NCBI GenBank assembly: GCA_036003305.1 | Contig: DASYSN010000021.1 | Coordinates: forward strand, 1-58,330 | DNA: 58,330 bases | Direction: 5' to 3' | Source: Thermoanaerobaculia bacterium | GTDB taxonomy: Bacteria; Acidobacteriota; Thermoanaerobaculia; Gp7-AA8 | Part shown: positions 45,701-53,303 of the stretch, one piece after another | Layout: each line of letters starts with the position of its first letter | How positions within the stretch are numbered: position 1 is the stretch's first letter | The notes under the pieces: model-generated | Seen by the model: the letters and a program-made list of their open reading frames with translations, nothing else | Told to the model about the DNA's origin: nothing | The model's database searches: none | Position numbers and translations under genes: made by a program

Positions 45701-46917
45701 TGACGACGATCTCGCTGATCGACATGAAGCCGCTCGACCAGCCGCCGAGCTATGCGCAAGTCGGCGCGAATCGAACGTTCCTCCGACACGCGTTGGCTTC
45801 GCGAGCCGTCGGACCGCAGGACGGATCGCGTCCGCTGCAGGTCGTCAACGCCGCCCTCAACCTCGTCGCCGCAACGAATCTGGCGTGGCAGGAGCGGAAA
45901 GCGGAGTCATTCACGTTCTCGCCGCTGCACGCCGGAAGCGCTGCGCTGGGATACCGCCCGGTCGGCGACTACGGCGGAACGGCCGGCATTTCGCTCGGGA
46001 CCGCGATGACGATCTCCGGTGCCGCCGCGAGTCCCAACATGGGCTACAACTCCTCGGCTCCGCTCGCGTTCCTTCTCACGTTGTTCAACGTCCGGCTCGG
46101 CTGGTGGCTCGGCAATCCCGGACCGCACGGCGGCGGCGTCCTCGCCACTTACACCCAGGACAGTCCACGCATCGCGCTGCGGCCGCTCATCGCGGAGATG
46201 ACCGGCAACACCAACGACACGTTCCCGTATGTCTACCTCTCGGACGGGGGCCATTTCGAAAACCTCGGCCTATACGAGATGGTCATGCGCCGCCGCCGCT
46301 TCATCATCGTCAGCGATGCAGGCTGCGATCCGGACTTCAAGTTCGATGATCTCGGCAACGCCATCCGCAAGATTCGCATCGACCTCGGCATCCCGATCGA
46401 CATGGGTCCGGTGATGAAGCTTTATCCGCGCAGTTCGCAGGAGAAAGGCGGAAAGTACTGCGCCATCGGCCGCATCCGTTACACCTGCGTCGATCGCGGC
46501 GAAGCCGTGCAGGACGGCCACCTCCTCTACATCAAGCCGACCTTCTACAAGAGCGAACCGCGCGACATCTACAACTACGGGACGGCGAACGGTGAATTTC
46601 CGCACGAATCGACGGCGGACCAGTGGTTCAGCGAGTCGCAGTTCGAGAGCTATCGGATGCTCGGCAGCCACGTCATCGACGAGATCTGCGCCGGCGCCCC
46701 GATCCCCGCCACGATCGAGGACTCAAAAGCACGGCAGCGCGCGGCCGCGAACTGGAGCGCGCCAGACATCGAGACGTTCTTCCAAACCGCCGAGCGCTAC
46801 CTCGACGACGAAGTCGTCCGCGAAACGCGCCCCATCCGCAGCCGCGTTTTCTACGACGCCACCAAAGTGCAGCTCCACATCGACCACGACGAGGTGCTCA
46901 GCGCCAGATTCCTGTGA
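42730..46917 (+). CDS. Giant membrane-embedded patatin/cPLA2-like phospholipase (1395 aa)
   Basis: The oxyanion motif FSGGGIRS covers aa 252-259. The nucleophile Ser286 sits in TVSGGG (codon 43585-43587). The catalytic Asp1172 sits in LSDGGHFENLG (codon 46243-46245). About ten hydrophobic helices (aa ~350-755) and a roughly 400-aa soluble insert lie between Ser and Asp. Confidence 0.85.
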   Translation: MERPLELCEVLEEEHLSLYGRNWLVTAADIIDPVHIAEICRKAFPAIAWERLATTDEKLLRSDRAGVAKDLSKVVDGDERLDPDKHAVGDETAEAAKRAATSAEANRRILDCILKGWLRRAQNFGWRYDRDQIRDARGLAVAFAEAMEYPTALETLKLEPDDVRETFANALNERLVTDIQDWKRFDGRISATTRRLLDNARGQSLMPSDIEYLNRKALDDLFGDYVVSGSEARLSKYYEVVHLEAQTSALCFSGGGIRSATFGLGLLQGLSRRNVLGKVDFVSTVSGGGYIGSWLSSWIRRHPESVRGVSDEMASIPDHPLQPDPAPVRHLREYSNYLTPRLGLMSGDTWTLIATYVRNLLLNWTILLPLLVAALALPRVVAAIYFQPTTSREDAIILWGGLAFLAYGLLYLGWMRPTDNRYRERGRGGSDASFRTRFVLPVTFGAVLLTAAWVTWASGQPEATWKTLPKQFVWVMLGGPLVVWAIHSIKYVRADAAERRESVVQKIRSSHPTLRKIVGELVASLVAGSLSLALTEALALGVFAAPNATSIVSAAGGNDAGFVKAALYLCLAVPMFMASFYVSAAVFVGVSSLVNEDYDREWWARSSGWVLFMICAWTVVFGIVVFGPMLILAAPKIVAAVGGVSGIAAVALGRSSKTSAKHEKTTGTDYVARLIAPCVIVLICAGVSLLTDWIIASCQSGYASFVPLTNEWTKTTILFFNHLNVIYSTNVLWAYALLVIPVLIASAASYVINVNKFSMHAMYRNRLIRAYLGASRTTRDPNPFTGFDPNDNLSCDSLRPELLWASSFKDFDSFVEALRNPREKKADGTPAMDRALARAMERTLGYDVLSKDLSREALVAAVFQVLNCILKDEDLTRLTVPQQLASRPRKSAWRIFADALAGHELDADRLRRNRRILEAEYPAQIYPFDAPLLSAADIVSAEALREALGTEHGKLLVAKFHDPTLPDRLHITDSLVRSAVEATVSELNYLMTTISLIDMKPLDQPPSYAQVGANRTFLRHALASRAVGPQDGSRPLQVVNAALNLVAATNLAWQERKAESFTFSPLHAGSAALGYRPVGDYGGTAGISLGTAMTISGAAASPNMGYNSSAPLAFLLTLFNVRLGWWLGNPGPHGGGVLATYTQDSPRIALRPLIAEMTGNTNDTFPYVYLSDGGHFENLGLYEMVMRRRRFIIVSDAGCDPDFKFDDLGNAIRKIRIDLGIPIDMGPVMKLYPRSSQEKGGKYCAIGRIRYTCVDRGEAVQDGHLLYIKPTFYKSEPRDIYNYGTANGEFPHESTADQWFSESQFESYRMLGSHVIDEICAGAPIPATIEDSKARQRAAANWSAPDIETFFQTAERYLDDEVVRETRPIRSRVFYDATKVQLHIDHDEVLSARFL

Positions 46918-47767
46918 TGTCGGTCGCGTCCGCCGCCCCCGAGAACGGCGTGATGCCGTACATGTCGAGGATCGTCCGCAGCAGGTCGTGATGTGAGTAC
47001 GCGGTCGCCGACCGGCTGCCGCGTTGCACGTGATCGCCGGCGATGATCGTCGGAATGTGATTCGCCGGAGGGGTCGTCAGGATGGTGATCGGACACTGGA
47101 TCTTGTAGTTTTCGTTGCTGTCTTCATCCCACGTGATGATCAGCAGGCTGTTGTGCGACTGCGCCCACCTCGCGTACGCGCCGAGTTTTCTCTCCAGCCA
47201 ACGGTCGCCCGTCCTCACCTCGGTCGCGATCGACTTGCCGTCGTGCATGTCGTGCGTGACGTTCGGGATGACGAAGCTGACCGTCGGCAGCTTGCGAAAG
47301 TCTTTCGGGAACTTCGAGAGGTTGTGCGTCGCCGACGGCGGAACATTCGAGAAGTCCATCCACGGGCAGTGGCGCTTCGCGAATCCGTTCAGGTCGCACA
47401 GCGGTTTCGACGGGAGGTCCTCGGCGAACCCGGCAAACGAACGGCCGGGCGTCGCGAGCAGCGCCGCGCCGAGGTTCGGCGCGGTGAACGGCGTCTGGAC
47501 GCAACTGTCGTCGCAGACGCCGAGGGGCGATCCCGCAAACAGCGCGACGTAGTTCGGCTGACTGGGGTGGTGCGCCGCCGTGAAGTTCGTCAGCACGGCG
47601 CCGCGGCGCGCGAGCGCGTTCAAATACGGCGCGTGCTTCGAGCCGATCACATCCGAGAAGCTCTTGTTCTCCTCGATGACGATCACGATGTGGTCCGGCC
47701 GCGGCAGGACTCCCTGCGCGTGCACGGCTGAAGCGATGAGCGAGAGGGCAAGGACGAGCGACTTCAT
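46898..47767 (-). CDS. Secreted phosphoesterase family protein (acid phosphatase / phospholipase C-like)
   Basis: The start is trimmed to MKSLVLALSLIASAVHAQG (ATG at 47765-47767). The motifs IVIVIEENKSF and HPSQPNY are present. Its 3' end overlaps the patatin-like gene by 20 nt, tail to tail. Confidence 0.75.
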   Translation of the reverse strand: MKSLVLALSLIASAVHAQGVLPRPDHIVIVIEENKSFSDVIGSKHAPYLNALARRGAVLTNFTAAHHPSQPNYVALFAGSPLGVCDDSCVQTPFTAPNLGAALLATPGRSFAGFAEDLPSKPLCDLNGFAKRHCPWMDFSNVPPSATHNLSKFPKDFRKLPTVSFVIPNVTHDMHDGKSIATEVRTGDRWLERKLGAYARWAQSHNSLLIITWDEDSNENYKIQCPITILTTPPANHIPTIIAGDHVQRGSRSATAYSHHDLLRTILDMYGITPFSGAADATDITGIWR

Positions 47768-47863
47768 CTGCACGCGCGGCATCGAGCACATTTCGCGCCG
47801 CCTCATGCGATCCGTCATAGGCGGTCGAGCAACCTCTTTTTACCATTTCCAACGGAGGAACTG

Positions 47864-49153
47864 ATGCCGCGCTGCCACCGTTCGCTGAGTCAACCGCATG
47901 ATCCCGACCTCTCCCGGATGCTGAAGGTCTACATCGTCACGGGGATCGCATTCATGCTTCTGCCGGGTACCTTCGTCGGCGTCCTGAACCTGCTGAAGAT
48001 CTCCAGCGCGCATACCTCCGGGGCCGCCGACGCCGGATGGATCCAGGCGCACGGCCACGCGCAGATCTTCGGTTGGCTCGGCACGTTCATCCTCGGCATC
48101 GGCTACTACGCAATCCCGCGCCTCCGCCTCACCCGCTTCTCGTTCACCGCCGCCTGGACGACGTACTTTCTCTGGATTGCGGGCGTGCTCCTGCGATGGG
48201 CCGTCGGCACCTGGCCATTTCGCTGGCAGATCCTCTTCCCGCTCGCCGGCGTTCTCGAGCTGGCCGCCGCAGCCATCTTCGCGGGCTCGGTATTCCTGTC
48301 ACGCCCGCGCAAGCAGGACGGCGCGTGGCGCGAGTCGGTCGTCCTGATCACCGCCGCCGGCTGGATGATGGTCGCCGCCGTGGCGGTGAACGCGATCGAG
48401 TCCTTCCGGGTGAAAACGTCCGTCTTTCCGCTCGCGTTCAATCAAAGCTATCTCGCTCTGATCACGTGGGGCTTCGTCGTCCCGTTCATCTGGGGCTTCC
48501 TCTCCCGCTGGACGCCTCCACTCCTCGGCCTTCGCAAAACGCACAAACCGCTCGTCCGCCCCGCGCTGACGCTCCTCCTGATCGGTGTAGTGCTGTCGTT
48601 CGTCTGGCCGCTCGCGAGCGCCCTCGTACTTCTCATCGCGTCGATCGTCTTCGGCGTCGCGATCCGCTACTTCGAGCCGTCCGAGAAAGAACCGAAGCTC
48701 CGCGGCGTCCATCCGCTGACACCATCGCTCATCCGGATCGCCTACGTCTGGTCGATCGTCGCCGCCGCCATCGCAATCGTCGCCGCGCTCCATCCGATCC
48801 CGAACGGCTACGCGGGCGCCTCCCGCCATGCCCTCACCGTCGGCTTCTTCGCCGCGACCGTCTTCACCATCGGCCCGCGCGTCCTCCCGGCGTTCTTCAA
48901 CGTCCGCCACCTCTGGAGCACCCGCCTCATGGCCGTCTCGATCATCCTGCTCAACATCGGCTGCGTCATCCGCGTCGCCTCGCAGATCCTCGCCTACGAA
49001 AACATCGCGCCGATCGCCTGGCGCGCCCTGCCGCTGTCCGCAGGTTTCGAGATGGCGGCTGTGACGATGTTCGCGGTCAATCTCCTAATGACGCTGACGA
49101 CCGGGTCGCCGTTGGAGGCAGTGATCGCATCGGCACGCGCGAACGAAGCGTAG
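47864..49153 (+). CDS. Polytopic membrane protein, NnrS-like
   Basis: 429 aa with about 12 hydrophobic helices. The motif AHGHAQIFGWLGTFILGIGYYAIPR resembles the NnrS His-rich helix. ATG is preceded by GGAGGA. Confidence 0.65.
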   Translation: MPRCHRSLSQPHDPDLSRMLKVYIVTGIAFMLLPGTFVGVLNLLKISSAHTSGAADAGWIQAHGHAQIFGWLGTFILGIGYYAIPRLRLTRFSFTAAWTTYFLWIAGVLLRWAVGTWPFRWQILFPLAGVLELAAAAIFAGSVFLSRPRKQDGAWRESVVLITAAGWMMVAAVAVNAIESFRVKTSVFPLAFNQSYLALITWGFVVPFIWGFLSRWTPPLLGLRKTHKPLVRPALTLLLIGVVLSFVWPLASALVLLIASIVFGVAIRYFEPSEKEPKLRGVHPLTPSLIRIAYVWSIVAAAIAIVAALHPIPNGYAGASRHALTVGFFAATVFTIGPRVLPAFFNVRHLWSTRLMAVSIILLNIGCVIRVASQILAYENIAPIAWRALPLSAGFEMAAVTMFAVNLLMTLTTGSPLEAVIASARANEA

Positions 49154-49207
49154 GCGTCTCATGTCAATATCGTCGAGTATCAGCACGGATGCCCGTATCG
49201 TTACCTG

Positions 49208-49413
49208 CATGGGCCAAGCTCGAAAGATCACCGTCGAAGTCGACGAAACCTGTTGAGGCGCGCGCAGAAGCAGGCTCGCGAAGGTGTGACAGGAACGGTT
49301 CGGCGTGGTCTCGAGATTCTCGCGGCCGCCGGTACCTACGAGAAACTTGCTCGCCTGCGCGGGAACGTTAAGTTCTCCACGACCCTCGCCACAATGCGGA
49401 ATGATCGTCGGTG
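49208..49413 (+). pseudogene. VapB-type antitoxin remnant with a frameshift
   Basis: MGQARKITVEVDET runs into a stop at 49253. The sequence continues in the -1 frame from 49249 as LLRRAQKQAREGVTGTVRRGLEILAAAGTYEKLARLRGNVKFSTTLATMRNDRR-stop. This matches the VapB (DUF2191-like) pattern ...LRGK..W.GDL..MR..R. Confidence 0.5.
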
Positions 49414-49538
49414 ATCGACGCCGACACGAGCTCTCCGGCCGATTCCTTTCCAGGAGCAACGGGCGCCGACGTTACCTCTGTCATGGAGGCGATCGACCAT
49501 CGGAGCGTGGTTCGTTGCTTGGCGCTCTACGCCGAGTA
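49410..49538 (+). pseudogene. Truncated PIN (VapC-like) toxin remnant
   Basis: GTG overlaps the vapB-remnant stop codon (GTGA). The peptide VIDADTSSPADSF... resembles a PIN N-terminus (hhDTSh) but stops after 42 codons. Confidence 0.3.
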
Positions 49539-49589
49539 GAAGGTTTGCCCTCTCGCCGATTCCGAGGGATCCTCGGGCCCGAGGTGAAC

Positions 49590-50153
49590 ATGAGCAGAAG
49601 GCAACGAATCGAAGAGCTCGAAGCAGTCCTGCGATCCCGCGGCGCGGAATTCATGAACGATGACGGATGCGATGAGCAGCTGACCGAGTCATTTCTCGAA
49701 CACGTTCTGCGCTTCGAAACGGCAGACTACAAGACCGTGCGAGAGTGGCTCGCCGAAAGCGGATACGTTCCCCCGCCGGACGTTCCCGACGACCGGATCT
49801 CCTCCGAGGTCTGTACGCTTCTCGACCGGCTCGCCTTCCTCGGCATCGTCGTGGAGTCCGGCGATCACCTGAGCGATCGTGAGCTATACGACTGGATCAC
49901 GCGCGAAAACCTCGACGCACACCTGGCTCTGCTCGATGAAACGATCATCCACTTTGATGTGATCGGCAGCGGTAGCGATGAGGACAACCGTACCTATCTG
50001 ACGTACTACGCTTCGGAAGAGGAACGCGCGCGCTGGAAAGCCGACTTTCCGGACGAGGAGCTGCCTGCTCGAAAAGCGCCCCCGCACACGCGGCCCGGCC
50101 CGGACGCCGTTCGCCGGATGGAATTTGCACGCGACTCGGTAAGAACTTTCTGA
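49590..50153 (+). CDS. Hypothetical protein (187 aa)
   Basis: ATG is preceded by GAGGTG. The protein is acidic with no recognisable motif and lies in the low-GC islet. Confidence 0.55.
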   Translation: MSRRQRIEELEAVLRSRGAEFMNDDGCDEQLTESFLEHVLRFETADYKTVREWLAESGYVPPPDVPDDRISSEVCTLLDRLAFLGIVVESGDHLSDRELYDWITRENLDAHLALLDETIIHFDVIGSGSDEDNRTYLTYYASEEERARWKADFPDEELPARKAPPHTRPGPDAVRRMEFARDSVRTF

Positions 50154-50390
50154 GAGGCCGATAGGAGGAGAGGTTGGAGCGGGCAAACGGACTCGAATGA
50201 TTCGTGGGGTCGTCCCTTTGTAAGTTACAGAAACACTAGACCATCAACCGTCAGAAAATCCGTCGAAACGCCTGGGAGGCACACGTATTAAACAGCGGCA
50301 GTTCGCCACGGGGCGGGGCTATCAGTGGCGCATCGGCGGCGAAGCTGGAAAGCAACGCTTGAGCGTAAGATGGACTTTGAGGCAAATGCG

Positions 50391-50636
50391 ATGACGATCG
50401 ATGTGGAAGCGATCTACGAGAACGGCGTCCTCAAGCTGAAAGAGCCGGTGGATCTACCGGAAAATGCCGAGGTACACGTGACGATTCAAGCGGCTGTCGA
50501 TGCGAGGACTCCGCTCGGACGCCGTTTGCGCGAGCTTCGGGCGGAGATCGACAAATCCGGCATGGCTACTCTGAGTTGGGACCAGATCGAGAGCGAAGTG
50601 GCCCTTCGGCGGGGCGGGTGGCGGGAAGGATCGTGA
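50391..50636 (+). CDS. Antitoxin, DUF104 (AF2212-like) family
   Basis: The N-terminus MTIDVEAIYENGVLKLKEPVDLPENAEVHVTI is a classic DUF104 sequence. The stop codon overlaps the PIN gene start. An alternative ATG lies at 50370. Confidence 0.7.
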   Translation: MTIDVEAIYENGVLKLKEPVDLPENAEVHVTIQAAVDARTPLGRRLRELRAEIDKSGMATLSWDQIESEVALRRGGWREGS

Positions 50637-51049
50637 AGCTGACGTTTGTGGATGCTGGAGTTCTGATTGCCGCGGCGCGCGGCGGAACCAAACAAGCTGC
50701 GCGTGCCATGGAAATTCTCGATGATCCCGACAGGGAGTTTGCCTCGAGCTTGTTTTTGCGACTCGAGGTCTTGCCGCAAGCTACTTTCAACAAGCGAGTC
50801 GCTGAGGCGGCGTTTTACGAGGCGTTCTTCTCCACGGTGACCCATTGGGCGACAGACCTCGATGACGTGACGGAGATCGCACTTCGCGAAGCATCCACAA
50901 ACGGCATCGAAGCGATGGACGCGCTTCACGTAGCGGCCGCGGCCTCCGTAGGCGCGTACGAATTGATTACAACCGAGAAACCGTCCCGTTCGATTCATCG
51001 CGCACGTGTCATCAAAGTGCTTACGCTTCACCCAGACACTCAGAAGTGA
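50633..51049 (+). CDS. PIN domain toxin (VapC-like)
   Basis: GTG at 50633 overlaps the antitoxin stop codon (GTGA). The acidic PIN residues lie in VKLTFVDAGVLI, LRLEVL and AMDALHVAAA. Confidence 0.75.
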   Translation: MKLTFVDAGVLIAAARGGTKQAARAMEILDDPDREFASSLFLRLEVLPQATFNKRVAEAAFYEAFFSTVTHWATDLDDVTEIALREASTNGIEAMDALHVAAAASVGAYELITTEKPSRSIHRARVIKVLTLHPDTQK

Positions 51050-51322
51050 GTCATCGCGCGCCAAGCCAACATCGTCGTTTTTCAACCGTCATCGGCCCTG
51101 TCGACAAGCGAGAGGAAAACTGGAGACACCTTGACTAAGCCGCAGGCCGGGCGAAGCTCCGAAGCTGTCAGGAGCGCCGGGGCTGGTAGTCGACTCTCGC
51201 GAAGGTAGTCGACCCCGCGTTCGCGTCGACCGCCGAGAGAATTCCCCGCATCGCCGCCTCGAAGTGTGATGCGCAAATGCGCGCGATCACAGTTCTAAAC
51301 TACTGCAGGAATCGGAGATAGG

Positions 51323-51398
<76 letters not shown>

Positions 51399-51513
51399 CT
51401 TGATCGAAGCTCGCGAAGGGTAGTGAAACCCACCCGTGCAGTCAATAGTCAAGGCGGTTAACGGGGGGTTGGGCACTCTAATTCCGAGGCTCGCGCCGCG
51501 TGTCCGAGAGCGC

Positions 51514-51870
51514 GGACACGAGGTCAGACGCGCGGACATGATGTCCGACGCGCGGACATGATGTCCGAGGTGCGGACACGATGTCCGAGGCTCCGGACAC
51601 GATGTCCGAGGCTCCGGACACGACGTCCGACACTCCGGACATGCGGTCCGACGTTCCGGACACGAGGTCCGAGGCTCCGGACACGCGGTCCGACGTTCCG
51701 GACACGAGGTCCGACGTTCCGGACACGAGGGTCTGAGGCTCCGGACACGAGGTCCGACGCTCCGGACACGAGGTCGGACGCTTCGGACACGAGGTCCGAC
51801 GTTCCGGACACGAGGTCCGGGACTCCGGACACGAGGGCCGGCGTTCCGGGACACGGCGACCGAGGTGCCC
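51514..51870. repeat. Tandem array of about 17 units, period 20-22 bp (mostly 21), core GGACAYGAKGTCC
   Basis: Unit starts traced by hand are 51514, 51534, 51554, 51574, 51595, 51616, 51637, 51658, 51679, 51700, 51721, 51743, 51764, 51785, 51806, 51827 and 51848. Each unit holds the imperfect palindrome CGGAC-N5-GTCCG. The array degenerates towards 51900. Confidence 0.85.
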
Positions 51871-51953
51871 GACGTGGGGTACGAGGCTTGGGACGTGACG
51901 TCCGCGCCTCCGACACGACTGCCAAATCCGTGATCGAGCGGCTTCGCGTCGCG

Positions 51954-53303
51954 CTATGGCCGTTCGACGCGAATTCCGTACGCGTGCAACTTGCGATGGA
52001 GATTCGAGCGCTCCATGCCGAGGGCGTCGGCGGTGCGGCTGATGTTGCCGGCAAAGTCGCGGAGGCGGGTCAGGATGTACTGCTTCTCGAACTCGGCGCG
52101 CGCTTCCTTCAGCGTCAGGTGCGGACCGATCGCGGTGGTGGTCACGTCGGTTCTCGCGCCGAGGTGAAAGTCCTCCGCTTCGATCGTTTCGGCGGGGAGG
52201 AGGATCGCGAGGCGTTCGATGACGTTGCGCAACTCGCGGACGTTTCCGGGCCAGGAGTAGCCGCGCAGTTTTGACGCGGCGCCGCTGGAGAGCTTCTTCC
52301 GTGGGGCGCCGGTCTCGGCGGCGAAGCGGCGGAGGAAGTGCTCGGCGAGGAGGACGATGTCGTCGCCGCGCACGCGGAGCGGCGGCACCTCGATCGGGAT
52401 GACGTTGAGGCGGTAAAAGAGATCGCTGCGGAACGAGCCGCTACCGATCTCCAGCTCGAGATCCTTGTTCGTCGCCGCGATCACGCGGACGTCCACCTTG
52501 ATCGTCTGCTGGCCGCCGACGCGCTGGAACGTCTGCTCCTGCAGCACGCGCAGCACCTTCGCCTGCGTCTTGAGGCTCATGTCACCGATTTCATCAAGGA
52601 ACAACGTGCCGCCGTCGGCGAGCTCGAACTTCCCTTTACGGTCGTCGATGGCGCCGGTGAACGCGCCCTTCCGATGCCCGAAAAGCTCCGACTCGATCAG
52701 CTCCTCCGGGATCGCGGCGCAGTTGACGTCGACGAACTGTTGGTCGGCGCGCGGCGAGAGGCGGTGCAGCGTCCGCGCGACGATCTCTTTTCCGCTCCCG
52801 TTCTCGCCGGTGATCATGACGCGCGACGCGGCGGCCGCGGCGCTGCGAATCTGCTGGTCGAGCTTCTTCATCGGATCGCTTTCGCCGATGAGGAGCTCTT
52901 CGAGGGTGAACTGCTGCCGCAGGTCGCGGACCTGCTCGCGCAGCTTGCTGTCGTTGAGCGCGTGATTGACCGTCAGCAGCACGCGCTCGAGCGAGAGCGG
53001 CTTCTCGAGGAAGTCATACGCGCCGAGGCGCGTGGCGCGGACGGCGGTGTCGACGTTGCCGTGGCCGGAGATGACGATCACCGGCGGCGCGGCATTGCTG
53101 CGCATCCGTTCCAGCACGCTCATCCCGTCGATGCCGGGGAGCCAGAGGTCGAGGATCGCGAGGTCGTACTCCTCGCGTGCGAACTGCGCGATCGCCTCCT
53201 CCCCCGACTCGCAGAGAACGGTGCGATGCCCTTCGTCCTCGAGGATGTGCGCGAGGGTGGTGCGGATGGACTGTTCGTCGTCGACGATGAGGATCTTGGC
53301 CAT
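51954..53303 (-). CDS. ntrX: Sigma-54-dependent response regulator (NtrC/NtrX family)
   Basis: The receiver domain is MAKILIVDDE...DLWLPGIDG. The AAA+ domain carries GENGSGKE and GAFTGA. A C-terminal HTH domain follows. Confidence 0.9.
   Translation of the reverse strand: MAKILIVDDEQSIRTTLAHILEDEGHRTVLCESGEEAIAQFAREEYDLAILDLWLPGIDGMSVLERMRSNAAPPVIVISGHGNVDTAVRATRLGAYDFLEKPLSLERVLLTVNHALNDSKLREQVRDLRQQFTLEELLIGESDPMKKLDQQIRSAAAAASRVMITGENGSGKEIVARTLHRLSPRADQQFVDVNCAAIPEELIESELFGHRKGAFTGAIDDRKGKFELADGGTLFLDEIGDMSLKTQAKVLRVLQEQTFQRVGGQQTIKVDVRVIAATNKDLELEIGSGSFRSDLFYRLNVIPIEVPPLRVRGDDIVLLAEHFLRRFAAETGAPRKKLSSGAASKLRGYSWPGNVRELRNVIERLAILLPAETIEAEDFHLGARTDVTTTAIGPHLTLKEARAEFEKQYILTRLRDFAGNISRTADALGMERSNLHRKLHAYGIRVERP

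Noticed and set aside
42229-45789. Large ORFs (496, 622 and 490 aa) overlapping the patatin-like gene on both strands
   Set aside because: Their composition is low-complexity Arg/Asp/Gly/Pro. The + frame at 42730 carries the lipase motifs and the hydrophobic helices, so these are shadow ORFs.
49155-51322. Integrase or recombinase gene for the tRNA-Gly islet
   Set aside because: I looked in all frames. No ORF of suitable size or with tyrosine-recombinase motifs is present, so the islet is called decayed rather than an active element.
51514-51870. Possible CRISPR array
   Set aside because: The repeat units abut one another (period 20-22 nt) with no unique spacers, and no cas genes occur anywhere in the window.
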